Source of the DNA: Trichosphaerium sp. ATCC 40318
Taxonomy: Eukaryota; Protista; Tubulinea
Direction: 5' to 3'
Assembly (NCBI GenBank): GCA_038496445.1
Contig: JALMLS010000579.1
Location: 443,095 to 507,094 of the forward strand
Length of the DNA: 64,000 bases
The notes under the pieces were generated by a model. The model worked only from the letters and a program-made list of their open reading frames with translations, ran no database searches and was not told the DNA's origin. Positions 50,798 through 63,666 of the stretch are shown piece after piece (positions within the stretch are counted from its first letter, which is position 1; every line of letters begins with the position of its first letter). Position numbers and translations under genes: made by a program.

Positions 50798-53700
50798 TTA
50801 ATCCAACTTGATCATGAACGCAACTAAGAAGAATAAGTCAAGGTAACTTAAGTTGGACTGAAGAGAAAAAAAAGAAAAACAGTCGACTTGAACTACGTAC
50901 TATTCTCAGCAACTTGAGAGGTTACAGACCCCTTAACTTGGAGCCTATCTAATGCACCTCTAACCATAGCACATGTTAACCGTAGAAAGTTATCATGATA
51001 CTTGAAAGGTAAGGTGGCTAATGGAGTGAAGTCCTTTATTTGAAGAATAAAAGCTTGTCCATTACTTATCAATCTATCAACTTTAACACCAAAAATCTTA
51101 ACCCAAAACCTCTATTAATACACAATAAGTACACAAGAACCTAAGGTAATAGTATGACGTACCCTACAAATGAACTTGACAACCTTTATTTTATTACCAA
51201 GCCAGTCATCTGAAACTGTTTTATCCCTTCAAAAACAGTCAACAAAAAAAATCAAAACTCTGTTCATCAAACGCACCCATTTGTAACAGATTTACCAAGG
51301 AGATTACCAAGTTCTTCTGTAGCTTTTACTTGTATACTACCAGTCTTTCTTGAGAGAATATCAAAAGCTTTCTCGATAGCATCAAGACTTAAAGCAGAAC
51401 GTTTAAGTTTTAAGTTCAAAGATTTTTTAGCTGCATCACCGACGACTTCCTATAAGAAAAAATACATTGTAAGTACTCACAAGGGAGCAAGAGATAGAGA
51501 AGATACGAATAAAAGCATACGTCTATGTTTATAGTAGCCATATCATGTACTCTGTTGAATACTTGGAACATTGCATGAGATTCTTTGCTTATTTTACCTT
51601 GAGCTACTAAAGAAGAAGCAAGCGCTCTTTTTGTTTCTAAAAATACAAGCTCCTCCATCTCTGACAGTAATGTATGTGCTTTTTGATGTTTCTCATATAT
51701 GAGATCAATATATGTCTCAAAGTATGCGAGAAATAATTGAGTATCAGCAAATCTATCAAAGAAAAGACGATGACTTGATGGAATATTCAAAATAACATTT
51801 TCCAAAGCCTCTTCGTCTCCAACGCTGTAATAAAACGGTCAGTACTATGATCACCACTAATATAATATTAAAGACGTACTCTAGCTTCTCAGAAGTAGGC
51901 ATGGCATCACTAAAGACAGTGATCAAATCAACAAGATATCCTTCAATAATTTTTGTAATTTGTTTAACAGCTTCGTCTTCCTTTGCTGTACATTTAAAAG
52001 GATGCTTTAGCTTATCATCATGTGTAACAGCATCACATATATTTCTTGTAGGTCTTCTTAACTTCTTAAGAAGATCACTACTATTAGGAAGTATTTTAGA
52101 TACTGTAAAATCACTAGGACATCTACAAGTGTCTTTATCAATATCAACAATGATGTGTTCTGAGAATTGCTCGTATTCGACGATAGAAGGCAGAGATGTA
52201 AGGCCAATTACATATGGTACTAAGTTACCAAGTAAGCAAAACAAACCAGCATTATGAAGAAAGAAAAAACATACCAGGAGCCTCCATACAAGTCTGATAT
52301 TTTTCGCTTTCTGGAAGAATAGGAATAAAAGCTCCTTAAAAAATAACTGTAAGTCATCGTTTAAATTATACATGTCACTAAATACCTTGTATAATAAATG
52401 GTCGAACTGCTGGTATCAACGATAGGCTATACAAGTTAGTTATATCGCAAATAGACAGATATTCGAAGAGAACTTAAGTACGGCCTACCTTATAGCTGAT
52501 AATACACCAGGGTGTTCACTAACCAACAGAATCTGACGTTCAAGTAAAGTTGCAGCCAGAAGAAGCAATACATTGTCCAGGGACAATAACCTAAACATTG
52601 CAGCCATAGCAAACTCTGCTGTTAGTTTACTCTCATCACCAGCCTAGAAAGTGTCAGAACATAGAATTCAACAACACGCTAAAGAGTTCCGTACAGGGCA
52701 TTGAAAGTCTATTGTTAAAAGGTCTCCAGGTAGTTGAAAAGACACACTTTGATCTTCAAGAGGCACTTTCTGATTGTGGTACACGGTTAACGTCTCTTTT
52801 ATGCCATCAAAAAATTCTGTAAAAAAAAAGAAATAAGTTAGTTCATAAAACAATGAAAAAACCAACGTACTGCTCTCTACAGTTCGCTCTGATGTCACTG
52901 CCGCACGTGTACCTTTAAGAGCACGTCTACCAGCGTTTACATCAATAACAAGATATCGTTGTTTTGCTGTAAACAAAGAAATTAGACAAAGCAAACAAAA
53001 AAAAAAAAAGATTATTAAAAAAACTGCGTACCAATAATGCTGTAAAGCACTTCAAAGTGAAGTTTAAAGAATGGAAATCTAGTAATAATACAATAACATC
53101 TAGGAGCAAATTTTGCTGTTTCTTGACGGCTCTTTGCGAACTTTGAACGTAAATAATCAGAAGTCGTTTCGTTTGTTTTTGTTTCTTCACAATCTTGAAT
53201 CATGACAGATGTCACTACGCATATACCATAGTATAACTGTTCTCCTCCTGTAAAAAGAAATACATACGACGAGTCGCTATCTTGATACGCGTTTAAATTC
53301 CCATAGAGTGTCTAGAAAGTCGTTACAACGCTATAGAAAATACAACCAAGTAACATACTTCGTTAATAGCGGTATGAGACGCCGTTTTAGGTACAACCTT
53401 TACATTAAATCCTTTCGGGAAACAGAAATCAATTACGTTCGGTAGAGGCTCCCTACGAAGTATATTAACTACTGAAACAGTGCATTCAAAGATTTTACAT
53501 ACACATCACTGGGAAAATGGTGCCGAATCTTTGGTTCGTCTCCTATGCCAGCGCCAATTATAGTGAAATAATCAAAAAACGATCCTCCACGTTCAGGTGT
53601 AAAAGAATTAGCCAAACAATATTTGGATGATGATTTTAACGCCAGATTGCGTGGGCTCTGTAGTTGTTCGGTCAATTGTGCTTGTATCGCGTCCATGCCG

Positions 53701-53977
53701 TCATAAAATTCTGTTGGTGCCCCAACAGTGTCTACATGATCCAAAACTGTTCTTAGCGTATGTGCGCGGTCTCTTGCCTATTATAAATTAGAATTTGCTG
53801 ACATTTTTAAACTTACGGCAGGGGAGAGCTCAGAAAGGTTCGTTACGCTAAATAATAAGAATGAGCGTATAAAATGTAAAAAAGATTGTCCCACCTTTTA
53901 GAAAAACTCGATTCCGTCTTCAACGCTCTGGAGCGTATGGTAGCCATTGAGGCAATGTCCATAGCGACGTTCGTCAT
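50798..53977 (-). CDS. DENN-domain Rab GEF with an in-frame C-terminal TRAPP Bet3-family (Trs33/TRAPPC6-like) domain
   Basis: uDENN FFDYFTIIG, VIDFCFPKG, YYGICV; cDENN PRCYCIITRFPFF, LLERQILLVSEH, PYVIGL; dDENN FFDRFADTQLF; then KVVKFICRRFWVKIFGVKVDRLISN...LRLTCAMVRGALDRL. The start could be ATG 53977, 53962 or 53947. Confidence 0.88.
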
Positions 53978-54599
53978 CTTTAAAACTTGCCCAAAGTATT
54001 TGTTACTGTTCAGGTGAAATCTGTAAGGTTGTTTTACACGACCCAAGGTGACGTCAAGCTGAAGTGGAGTGTATAGCTAATACAGTCTTTCAATTTCACC
54101 TATGTTGACCGATGTAATAACTCAAAGTTCAAAAAAGCGTCTCAAACGAGTGTATTTCAAGCGATCTATTCGACCATAAAGCGTTTGGTTCCTTTCATTA
54201 GTGGCGAGAGATTTTGACCACATTCACGCTTACTTCCCTCGAGATGCTCCTTGCGCTGTAGCAATGTATATTCAAAAGTTCATGAGGTTGCATGAGTGCT
54301 GGTTCACGTGTTTCGATAAGAAAAAGGATGTTTTGCCTAAAATGATCTACGATACAAATTTGACTCAAACGGGCCATCGTAGTAAACTAACGTCTTTCGC
54401 GTAAGCAATAAGTAAATGCTGTCGTACAGGTATTAACATGCGGTTGAGTTTGAATTTCGTTGTTTTTGAAACGTTACAAGTCACGTGGTATCTAAGGTGT
54501 TTGACGTAAAATTATGGTAAGCTAGTTCAGACAAAAAACCAAATTGGATAGTCCAATATTTTCCTTATTCTTTGTAAAGTAATACTAACAAAAGGCGCA

Positions 54600-56904
54600 A
54601 TGAAGCTAATTTCAGCGCTTGTACTAACATTTTGTATCGCTATGGCGCTCGCTGGTATGTTTTACTACAACGAAACGTTTACTGACACATTACAGCACGA
54701 AGCACCGTAGCTCAGCCTTGTCTTAGAGCTGACGGCGATTATTGTCTCACTGTCGAGGCTGATGGGTGCAGCGACTTCTACCTCACCCTTAAAAAGGATC
54801 AAAAGGTAGTAGGGAAGGAACAACACGTCAGGTCCGCAAAATGGAGAATTGCGGGCGTTTACTTAACGGTTGTAGACTCAACACAGGACAGCAACCAGAC
54901 CAATGCGTGTCGATTTCCGATACTTGCACCGTACGTCTCATAATTTGACGTTAAAACAAATTAATTGTAGTAGGGGTGTACCAATTTAGCTGTGTTCGAA
55001 GAGCAGGCCGGTTTGGCGCTATGTATGCGAACGAACATTGATTGTGGGCTAGTTAAATTAAACTACGAAAACTGCACAACAGTACCTAACTGCGCTAACC
55101 GTACGCTTACCAGAATCATCGACGGTTATTTTTTTTGACACTTCAATGCAGTTGATTGTTCCAAAACGGCTTGCCAAGGCCACGGTACTTGTGATGTAAG
55201 CACAGCGCCACCTAAATGCCAGTGCGAGCCTAAAGACGGCGTAACGTATTCCGGGTTGACTTGTGGCATCGGCACTTTCAGTACGCTTCTCAAAACCCCA
55301 CAAAAATTAAAGCAACCTTTTGTGTCTACGTAGTAATGGCGTAGATTATTTTTTTAGCGCCGTTTAGACTCTGATCCATTCTTACCCACTTTTTATTAGC
55401 TATGGAAGACGGACACTCATGTGTTACAACGCCATTTACTGAGGAGAAGCCTTTGTGCTCAATCATTGAAGTAGAAAACTGCAAGGGTGCGCATTTGAGC
55501 ATTTTTTCTTTCACCCGTTTACGGTTTTTTTATTCCTATTTTTTCGGGATTGTTTGGTAATGGCTGCTTACGTCTCTTAGCTGTTCGAGCTGAAATAACA
55601 TATGGGGAGTATAGATTTGGACCTTTAGATTTCGATCTTGATTCTCTTGAGAACCGTCCTGAAACTGTCAAGGAGCAGTGTGTTAAAATCAACTTTTTGG
55701 ATCAATGCAACGTTTGTTTGAAGCCTCATCACGTGACACTTGAAAAAGGGAAGTTTAGATACTGCTCTACAATGCATTTCAACTGTTATGGGTTTACAGT
55801 ACCAGATGTTGACATGGGCTGTGTTGAACGGGTAAGCAGTCAGCGATTTTTAAAATGAAAATTTATTTTATTATTAACAAAGTGTATAGGATCTAGTACA
55901 GGATTGCCAGAATATCAATAATTGTCCTGACGGTTGTGTTCATGGTAAATGCGTTAAAGACGTTTGCCAATGCGAACCTGGTTACTATAAGTCCGATTGC
56001 TCTTACTGTACGTCTCTTTGCAAAAACAGCTAAAGGAAAAAAACTTTACTTGCGATTATTACTATCCTACCCAATTTGATTACCTCTTATTGAACATGTT
56101 ATTGTTGTAGTTAAGAATGAGACTTGCTTAATGATTCCGGACTTTGATGGTAATGCGCTGTGTTTAAAGGCTGATCAAGATTGCAAGACACACGAACTGG
56201 TACTAGGCTTTTTTGGATTATTTTTTGCTCAATTCTTCCTTGTAGTCCACTACTGTAATGTATGGAGGCAATGTCATTGATTCTACTAAAGTGTCCACGC
56301 GTGATCTTACAGACCAAATAGTACGTTTAAACCTTTCGAGTTTTTTCGTAAAAAAAGCTAAAATTTTGTTCTAGATCACTGCTAATTTGGAGGTTGCCAC
56401 TGATTGCACTGTCTTTCGCGATATAGCTAGAGCTGATGGTAGTAAGGTGTGCATTAATATGCGCGTTGTATGCCCTGATGGATCAAATGAGCTTGATCTT
56501 TGCGTAAAGAGTTGTTCGCGTACGTGAACAAGTTAAAACATTTTTTAAGCGAAACACGTTGGCTTCATTTGTTTATTCAACTGCGATTACTACACCGAAT
56601 TCACTCCTACAAACGTAATCATTTGGGGTGGTTTGAGCAGCCCAAAAAAATTCTTGCTTGCTCCGGATTTTCTTTTTTTTTTTTTATTTGATTCTCATCT
56701 TCGTTTCTAGATACAATTGTTTATTTTTTCTGGGCTGTCTTGATTATAATACCTTTGGCATTATTAATGGCATTCGGTGTACTTGTGTACAGACGATTTA
56801 AAAGGAAGAACAACCCACACGATAATGGATTTTCTCTACTCTCTGATATGAACAACGAGTCTGGTTCTGATTATGGTGGAGAAGATGATGATGATGGTTT
56901 GTAG
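54600..56904 (+). CDS. Single-pass membrane protein with EGF-like and other Cys-rich repeats
   Basis: Signal MKLISALVLTFCIAMALA; CQGHGTCD...CQCEP and CVHGKCVKDVCQCEPGYYKSDCS EGF repeats; TM followed by RRFKRK; tail with GFSLL and an acidic cluster. Confidence 0.8.
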
Positions 56905-58215
56905 ATAAAGAGTACTTTTACAAAAAAATTTCAACGTGTTGCGTACGGTTGTACACATAGCAAAATAAAACCTACCAAGAACGTTAAACAGGCTATTGGT
57001 TCAGTGATTCGTCACCTACGCATGATGAAGGTATAAACTGTGGCGCGTAGAGCTGTGATCAATTGATCATGGTTACGCATGTTTTTTTTGTTTGAATCAG
57101 CGAAAGAAACGGTGCTGGTTAGTGTACATGGTTTATCTACATTTTAGTAGTAAGATCACAGTTTAATGCCAAATCCTTTATTCAAGCCAAGAATGTCGGC
57201 CGAAGATACGTCCTCATCAAATCAAGCAAATAAACACCTATAGGTACGGGCCAAACAATTTGCTATCCTCTTCGAGAACTTGTCGCATTTGTTCCTGGTT
57301 TTAGAGTTGTTGGACAAGAAAAAGACTGTTCGGTTGTTTTCTAGTTCCAAGTTGCGTGAAAATGGCTCTCTTTACGCCGTAGTATACGAAAGCCAATCTT
57401 TCGCGAAACTGCGATGCTTTACCATTCTTAAAACAACTATTGGTGCGTAGAGATGTAGTAGAACGGTGCAGATTAGTACTAACAGTATTGCATAGTTAGA
57501 TAGGAAAATGTTAAACCGAGAAAACTGTTTTTAGCCACAGAACTTTTTCTGTACAGAGGTCACTGCGTTGATCCACGTTTGAATGCAATATGAACACAAA
57601 CCTTTCTTTTTGAATTCGGCCAGAAAACCTTTGATACAAAACATGAAATATTCCGTCCTGAAGCGGTTTTTCGCGTACACTAACGCTGCAAAAAAAATAA
57701 CATGATCTATGCCCAAGAATTCATGAGTGGAATTGTCAGAAAAAAGTCAGAGCAAATATTACTACGCAGTCAGCAGACGGATACAAACAATTAATTCTCG
57801 TATTAACAAGTGTTTAGACTTCGTGTAGTGAATCTACAAAATACTCTATACCAATGGTTATTAAACCGAGCCACTACAATTGCAGACGCCATTATAGTAT
57901 GCAGTTGCTCACGAAACACGTCTTTTATAGGTATGAGCACTTGTCTCGGAAAATCACGTTTGTGGAACCCAGGATGAGCCAACAAACGCAAAACACGCTC
58001 GGAACGGTAAGAATGCCTTAGAAAATGTAGTGTAATAATAGAGTACGCTTTGACATTGTGTAGACTCGAATCTGTAGCCTTTCTATTGGGTTGGTGTCTA
58101 ATTCTAGGTTAGCGTGGTTACTGTGCCGTTCTTTTTACTGTTATTTTTCCCACTTTCCAATGTTTGCTCTGCAGGTACTACCTCATACTACAAACCTTTG
58201 TACAACGTTTGCACC

Positions 58216-58770
58216 ATGTTGTCTTTTTTCCGAAACCCTCTCCGCTCTCTGGCTTCCAAATTCTCGAAGAAGCAGCCTCAAACCCTGTCCACCCGTCTCG
58301 CGAAGAAGAGGATAAAGGATACGGCAACGATGGCGGTAATCAAGCTGGTAATCGAGCAGCTCGGCCTCATGCACAACACTGGATACGCACACATGGGCGT
58401 TAACGCTGATAATATCGAGCTAACACCTGAGGGGAAAGTGCAGCTACATTGTTGCAGCTCAACGACTTACTTCGGCCTCACGGAAGATGTAGTCTATGAA
58501 AAAACCTCTAAGACGGTCGATGTGCGATGTGTGGGGTACTTGGCTGCTCAGCTTGTACTTGGTGGCGAATCTTACAGCCTCAAGCCAAATGACTTGCTCG
58601 ACGAAACTAACGCTAAAAAACTCCTAAAACGGCTGAAAGACGCCAACGTAGCAGATTTTTTTATCAGATTCATCAATATATGCCTTGAGCAAAATACATC
58701 GATGGAAGATTTGGATGACTTTGTAAAATATTGGCGTTCAACGCCAAAAATAATAAAAAAAATTCTGTAA
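58216..58770 (+). CDS. Truncated pseudokinase (C-lobe only), apparently intronless
   Basis: QLGLMHNTGYAHMGVNADNIELTPEGKVQLHCCS (HRD and DFG degenerate) and DVRCVGYL (subdomain IX-like); no N-lobe. Confidence 0.6.
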   Translation: MLSFFRNPLRSLASKFSKKQPQTLSTRLAKKRIKDTATMAVIKLVIEQLGLMHNTGYAHMGVNADNIELTPEGKVQLHCCSSTTYFGLTEDVVYEKTSKTVDVRCVGYLAAQLVLGGESYSLKPNDLLDETNAKKLLKRLKDANVADFFIRFINICLEQNTSMEDLDDFVKYWRSTPKIIKKIL

Positions 58771-59358
58771 AGTTGTTTCTTTTTTTTTCGCAAAAGGAAA
58801 GTGTCGCTTCGCATGTTGAATCGTCAAAGATTTGAAGCATATCAAAGTTTTAGCAATGATTTTTTTAGCTCTTCAAAGCGCTGTTACAAGAGTCCAGCCT
58901 TACCTTTTCTTTGTTAGTTGCTGCTGTGTACGGCTAGGCCTTGTAGATGGAAACAACGGTGATAGTTGTAGGTTTAGAAAAGAGATTATGGCAGGGACAA
59001 ACATGGGAACCAAACAGGACATTTTTGCTTCCATTGGTATTAGCGATATGTAAGGAAACTGGGAGGGACTAAAAGCGATTTAGTGAACAAATAGCAACTA
59101 AATGTTGAGTGACACTGTAAGTCAAAACTCAGAAAGCCAGTTTCATTTATTGAAAGATTATCACCACGTAGATACACGTCTCTTGTACTCAGATAAGTAC
59201 AAAACGAAAAGGTACACGTGTAGCTAAGCAAAGCTCTTGTTAAATCTTTGACATTGATGAGTGACTGAAGCGCTTAGTAAACGCTTAAAATCGCGTCTGT
59301 AACTCTTGAAAATGTAGTCTGACACTTTTTACAGAAAGCCATTTTTACGGACTTCAAA

Positions 59359-60042
59359 ATGATTAAAGTCTGTATTGCTACCTCTAAGGACGCACAGGAG
59401 ATATCAGAGCTTAGAAAAACAGCGTACAAACAGTGTACTGGATCGACCATTAGAAACTATGACTTTTTGAAGTGGGATGAAAAAGATGATAAGAGTACTA
59501 TACTCTATATCAAAGATTCCTCAGGAAACTTCGTATCTACGATTAGGTCACAGGTATTTTACTCAAAAGAAGCACTAGAAAAACACCTGGATATTGTTAT
59601 CAATGACCCAATATCGTTTCCTGTGGCTGTTCTTGAAAGAGCTGCTACATTGACTTCACATCGAAGAAAAGGTCATACAGCTCTTCTTAGACTTCTGCTT
59701 GTAGCTCTGCTACCAACCGAAGTTAATCACGTTGTATGTACTATACAGGAAGGTGCATCACGTGTTAAGTTTCTTAAAGGAGCAGGCTACAAGGTTACGA
59801 CAGCTGACTTATCAAAACGTGTTGTTCAAGCAAGTTCTTTCAAAAATTCTAGCTTAGTATTGTTTGGCTACCTTAACCGTGAACTTTTTCATCGGCTCAT
59901 TGAGGAAACTATACATAAATCTACATTACCTGGTGACGTTTTACTATCTACGGAGCTATTGGCTCTGGTGACCAGAAGCCACATGTTCAAGAAGTATCTT
60001 CCACAACTGTTGAGAAAAATCAGTGTAACGTCAAAATTGTAA
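59359..60042 (+). CDS. Intronless GNAT-fold acyltransferase (FeeM/LuxI-like N-terminus) with C-terminal PTS1 SKL
   Basis: ISELRKTAY...WDEKDD...GNFVSTIR; motif A LERAATLTSHRRKGHT; FLKGAGY; ends VTSKL*. Confidence 0.75.
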   Translation: MIKVCIATSKDAQEISELRKTAYKQCTGSTIRNYDFLKWDEKDDKSTILYIKDSSGNFVSTIRSQVFYSKEALEKHLDIVINDPISFPVAVLERAATLTSHRRKGHTALLRLLLVALLPTEVNHVVCTIQEGASRVKFLKGAGYKVTTADLSKRVVQASSFKNSSLVLFGYLNRELFHRLIEETIHKSTLPGDVLLSTELLALVTRSHMFKKYLPQLLRKISVTSKL

Positions 60043-60664
60043 CCAACAAAATAAACTATCCGCAGTCTGCCCCTTATCAACAGTAAAGAAAGATGATACT
60101 GTGTTCCAGGCCTTGACCATGAGGGTATTACAATACAAAGACGTAACAACAATCTACATTATGTTTGCTTTTCTAATAAAAAAGTGAGCATTCGCATGTT
60201 TTGCAGCTTTTAATCATTCCGTGTATTAAAGTTAACTAAATGCTTATATTTATCATGAAAATGTCATAGGCATATTGATTCTACGCAAGGATAAGGTCTA
60301 GAGTCACAGACTACAACTTCAGTCCAACAAAAGTAATTATGAACTGTTGAAAGACAATCACTTGCATATCAACACCAGATACAACTGTTGGGCTTACGCC
60401 GTTACACCCGCATAGGACGTCTTTAATATCGAAAGTATCTTCAGTTTCAAGGCTGTACTTCGCCCTGTATTAACCTCATTAAATAGCTCAAAGTTACATC
60501 TTTGTGGAGCTTAAAATGTAATAGAATTGTGGTCGGCATACTATTATTGTCAACGAATTGCCAGTGTTTAACTTAAGATACAGGAATTAAAAAAGCGTCT
60601 TGTGATTTCTTTGATACACCAAAGTATTGTACATTTTTTTTATTTATTGTTTCTTGGTTTTTTT

Positions 60665-63120
60665 TTAGTATCCAAGCTTTGCATTTAGTGAAGTCTTTCC
60701 ATCACCAGATTGATCTAAAAAAGTGAGTATTATAATATTAGTAGTATTATATTTGTAACATACTCTGTGGAGGAACCCATTCCTCATAATTATGCTCGTC
60801 TGTCCATGTTTCTTCCTTTTTTTTCTTTCTTCTTTTTTTCTTCTTTTTTGGAATAGCACTTCTATCCGGATACAATGCAGGTCCATATATTTCTTTCTTT
60901 GGTTTATCATCAACTTCCATATTATCTTTATTTTCCTTTACTTCTTCAACCTTCTTTTCAACAACCTTAATCTCTTTTGTAGGTACAGGTGATGGCTATT
61001 AAAAAAAATAAGAATAAAATGAGAAAGCGATGAGCGTTACCTTCTCTTTTGGTGCTGGAGCAAACTTTGGTTGTGTCTTTGGTGCACTAGCAAAAGTCCT
61101 TTTAAAAGTACGTTTAGGCTTAGTCTGCTTGACAGCAGTCTTCCGCTTTTTGATCTATGTAGCTCGACTTCTCCGACTTCGGTTTCTTTTTTACGTTTCT
61201 TTAAATTGATAGAAAACGCTTCAAGCTGTCTCTTCTCCCTATAAAAATAAACAACATCAATACACTCATAAATCATACGATAGATTATATTGCAAAATAT
61301 TAAAATAAGGTCACAACAACTGCTCGTGAGCGAGCAAGGTTTTTTTTGATTTTTTTTTAAAGCTTTTGTTTTACCTTTTTGTGTGTTTATGGTGAAGTGG
61401 TTCTAAGGCCGGTTTTACAACCATAATTAAAACCTCTGTTTTTTCAAGTTCCTTAGAGAACTCAGACAACAATTTTTCCTTCTTTTTTATCCTTTCTTTC
61501 TAATACAGGAGTTAATAAGTTGTTTTGTTTAAATAAGGTAACAAATCTTGTCAAGTATAAGACACTTGGACGCACATTTGCTTCTTCATGTACACCATCC
61601 ATAAAAGTATCAATATCGGCTGCTTCATTGCCTTCAGCATCTTAAAAGTCGTAAGTAAGGATGTCCTTGTGTGCGAAGTGCGTTTTTCAAAGTCGACCTA
61701 AAAAGGAAACAAAAAAAAATATGAAAAAGAGTTTACCTGTTTTCTTGGACACTTCTGCAAGTGCATCAATTTCTTTTGTCAAATATTCCATCTCCTTCAT
61801 CAACATATTCTTCTTTGATAATAGAGTTGAGTATGTCTCTACTTCTTGCTTCTTATTCCTCTCTTTTCGTCGCTTTTTCTTTCTTGCTAGTGATTTTTTT
61901 AGTTTTCTCGTAATCCAATAAATAAGCGATTTAATCCGCACCTGTGGCATCTGTTCTATCATAAAAATCATCATCATCGTCACCATACATAGTAGCATAA
62001 TCACCATACTCAACAACATCTACATTATGACGCTATAAGCACAACAAGTCGAAATATAAAAAAAAAGAAAATTAAATAAAAAAATTTGCTTACTCCCTCC
62101 CATGTCCTCTAAACCAAACTCGTCTTCATCTTTATCTTCTTTTTTATCTTTTTCTTGATCTTTAGGCTGTTCTGGACGTGATCGTTCTTCAATACGCGCC
62201 AGAATACGATCAGCAGCATCTCCAGAAAGCTCCTTTCCTTCTTCAAGTTCATCCTCTTCCATTTCATCCTGAGTCTTTGGTTGCTCTCTTTCAAGACCTC
62301 CACATACTATATACAAACGACTAGAACCATTTCCAAACTTTATAACATCACCTGTGGACGAGGTAGGTCAGAAAACGCAACTCAACTTCTTTTTGTTTCG
62401 GCAAGAAAAAAAGCTTCCATGGCTCGTGTACCTGTAAACATCTGGATGTAAGCGCCTTTGCCGAGTTTCTGCTTGTTGATGTAAGTGCCATGAGTACTTC
62501 CTAGGTCGTGCAGATAGCAAGCATCTGATAAAGCGTTAAAAGAAGTTATTTAGTTATTATTGAACATAATTGCCCGTTTGCGTAGAGTTACGATGAGATT
62601 TAGTAAGCGAGCAACGAATTACAGTTAAAATAATACCTGTGCTCCCACGGTGTTGTACTATCGCGTGTTGTCTCGATATTGACTATGTAGAATGAGTTTA
62701 AACTGGATTTGAATTAATTACACGCACTTGATGCTGAAGAGATATATCGCACACGGGAGCGCGTCCAAACAAGTAAAATGGTTGTTTACCGAGGTCTATT
62801 GTGTCAATAACGTTGCCGTTTCTTAAAACTTCAAAGCTGTACGGGAGCTTCGGTTCACTACTCCATATAGGCTCTGTATACTTTAATTGAACGTTTCGAG
62901 CCTTTTTTGCGCGTTCTTGTTCAGCCTTTTGCTCCTCAAGCGCTTCTTTCTCGTATAGTTCATCCTCTTCACTTTTCTTAAAGTGTAGTAGCCCGTAAAC
63001 GTTTTTAGGTAATTTTGAAATGTCGTCCACTACAACGCCTTTTCCTTTGTTGTCTTGACGGTCCTTAGCGTTTGGCATCTTGAACGTAGGTGGTGGCATA
63101 AGAGTATCATCGTCTGCCAT
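60665..63120 (-). CDS. SLC4A1AP: Kanadaptin-like FHA-domain protein, multi-exon
   Basis: YTEPIWS...YSFEVLRNG...YLFGRAPVCDISLQHQSISRQHAIVQH, DLGSTHGTYIN, and C-terminal EEWVPP..DQSGDGKTSLNAKLGY*. Confidence 0.88.
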
Positions 63121-63666
63121 AGTTGGTGGCCGAATACTTCAACAACTCAGATAAATTACACAAAAAAAGTCAAGGTTTGTAAACTATTTTTTGCAATGTT
63201 ATTTTGATTGATACTAGGCTTTGGACCTATGTACCGAACATAAAACGAATTTCAAAGCCATTGAGAGCATGTGGAACTTTAAAAAAGCATGTGGTGCCAT
63301 GGTACAACTCCAACAAAATCGCACATTTTTAAACGGTTTAGCCGATTACAGATTTTGTTGCTGAGTTCTTTACCATTACCCATGTTGATACCATTACGAG
63401 ACTCAGTTGTGTATTTATCACTTGTAAACTATGGCAAAAACAATCCAAAATAGTCGCATTTCTTTGTTCCTTAATGTTGACTCCACTGGGCGTTTAATTG
63501 ATTCTATTGAGTACTTTGTGAACAAAATGACTTGATAAGTATCCGACGTGTAGCATCCACAATGAACCAAAGACATCCAGTACCTGTTTTGCATCCTTTC
63601 TATTATTAGCTACAACCTGGTTTCGATTGAACACAAGTTGCTTCATGCGAGTACATTCCCTGATCA

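Noticed and set aside
2159-57243. Several in-frame TAGs (2159, 23712, 57241) hinting at stop-codon reassignment
   Set aside because: Well-conserved genes here (RNA ligase, aldolase-SDR) end at TAG at the expected position, and I saw no internal TAG in conserved exons.
57190-58010. Fragment LFLVLELLDK suggesting a kinase N-lobe for the downstream half-kinase, or an F-box
   Set aside because: Too short, interrupted by stops and not joinable by credible splicing.
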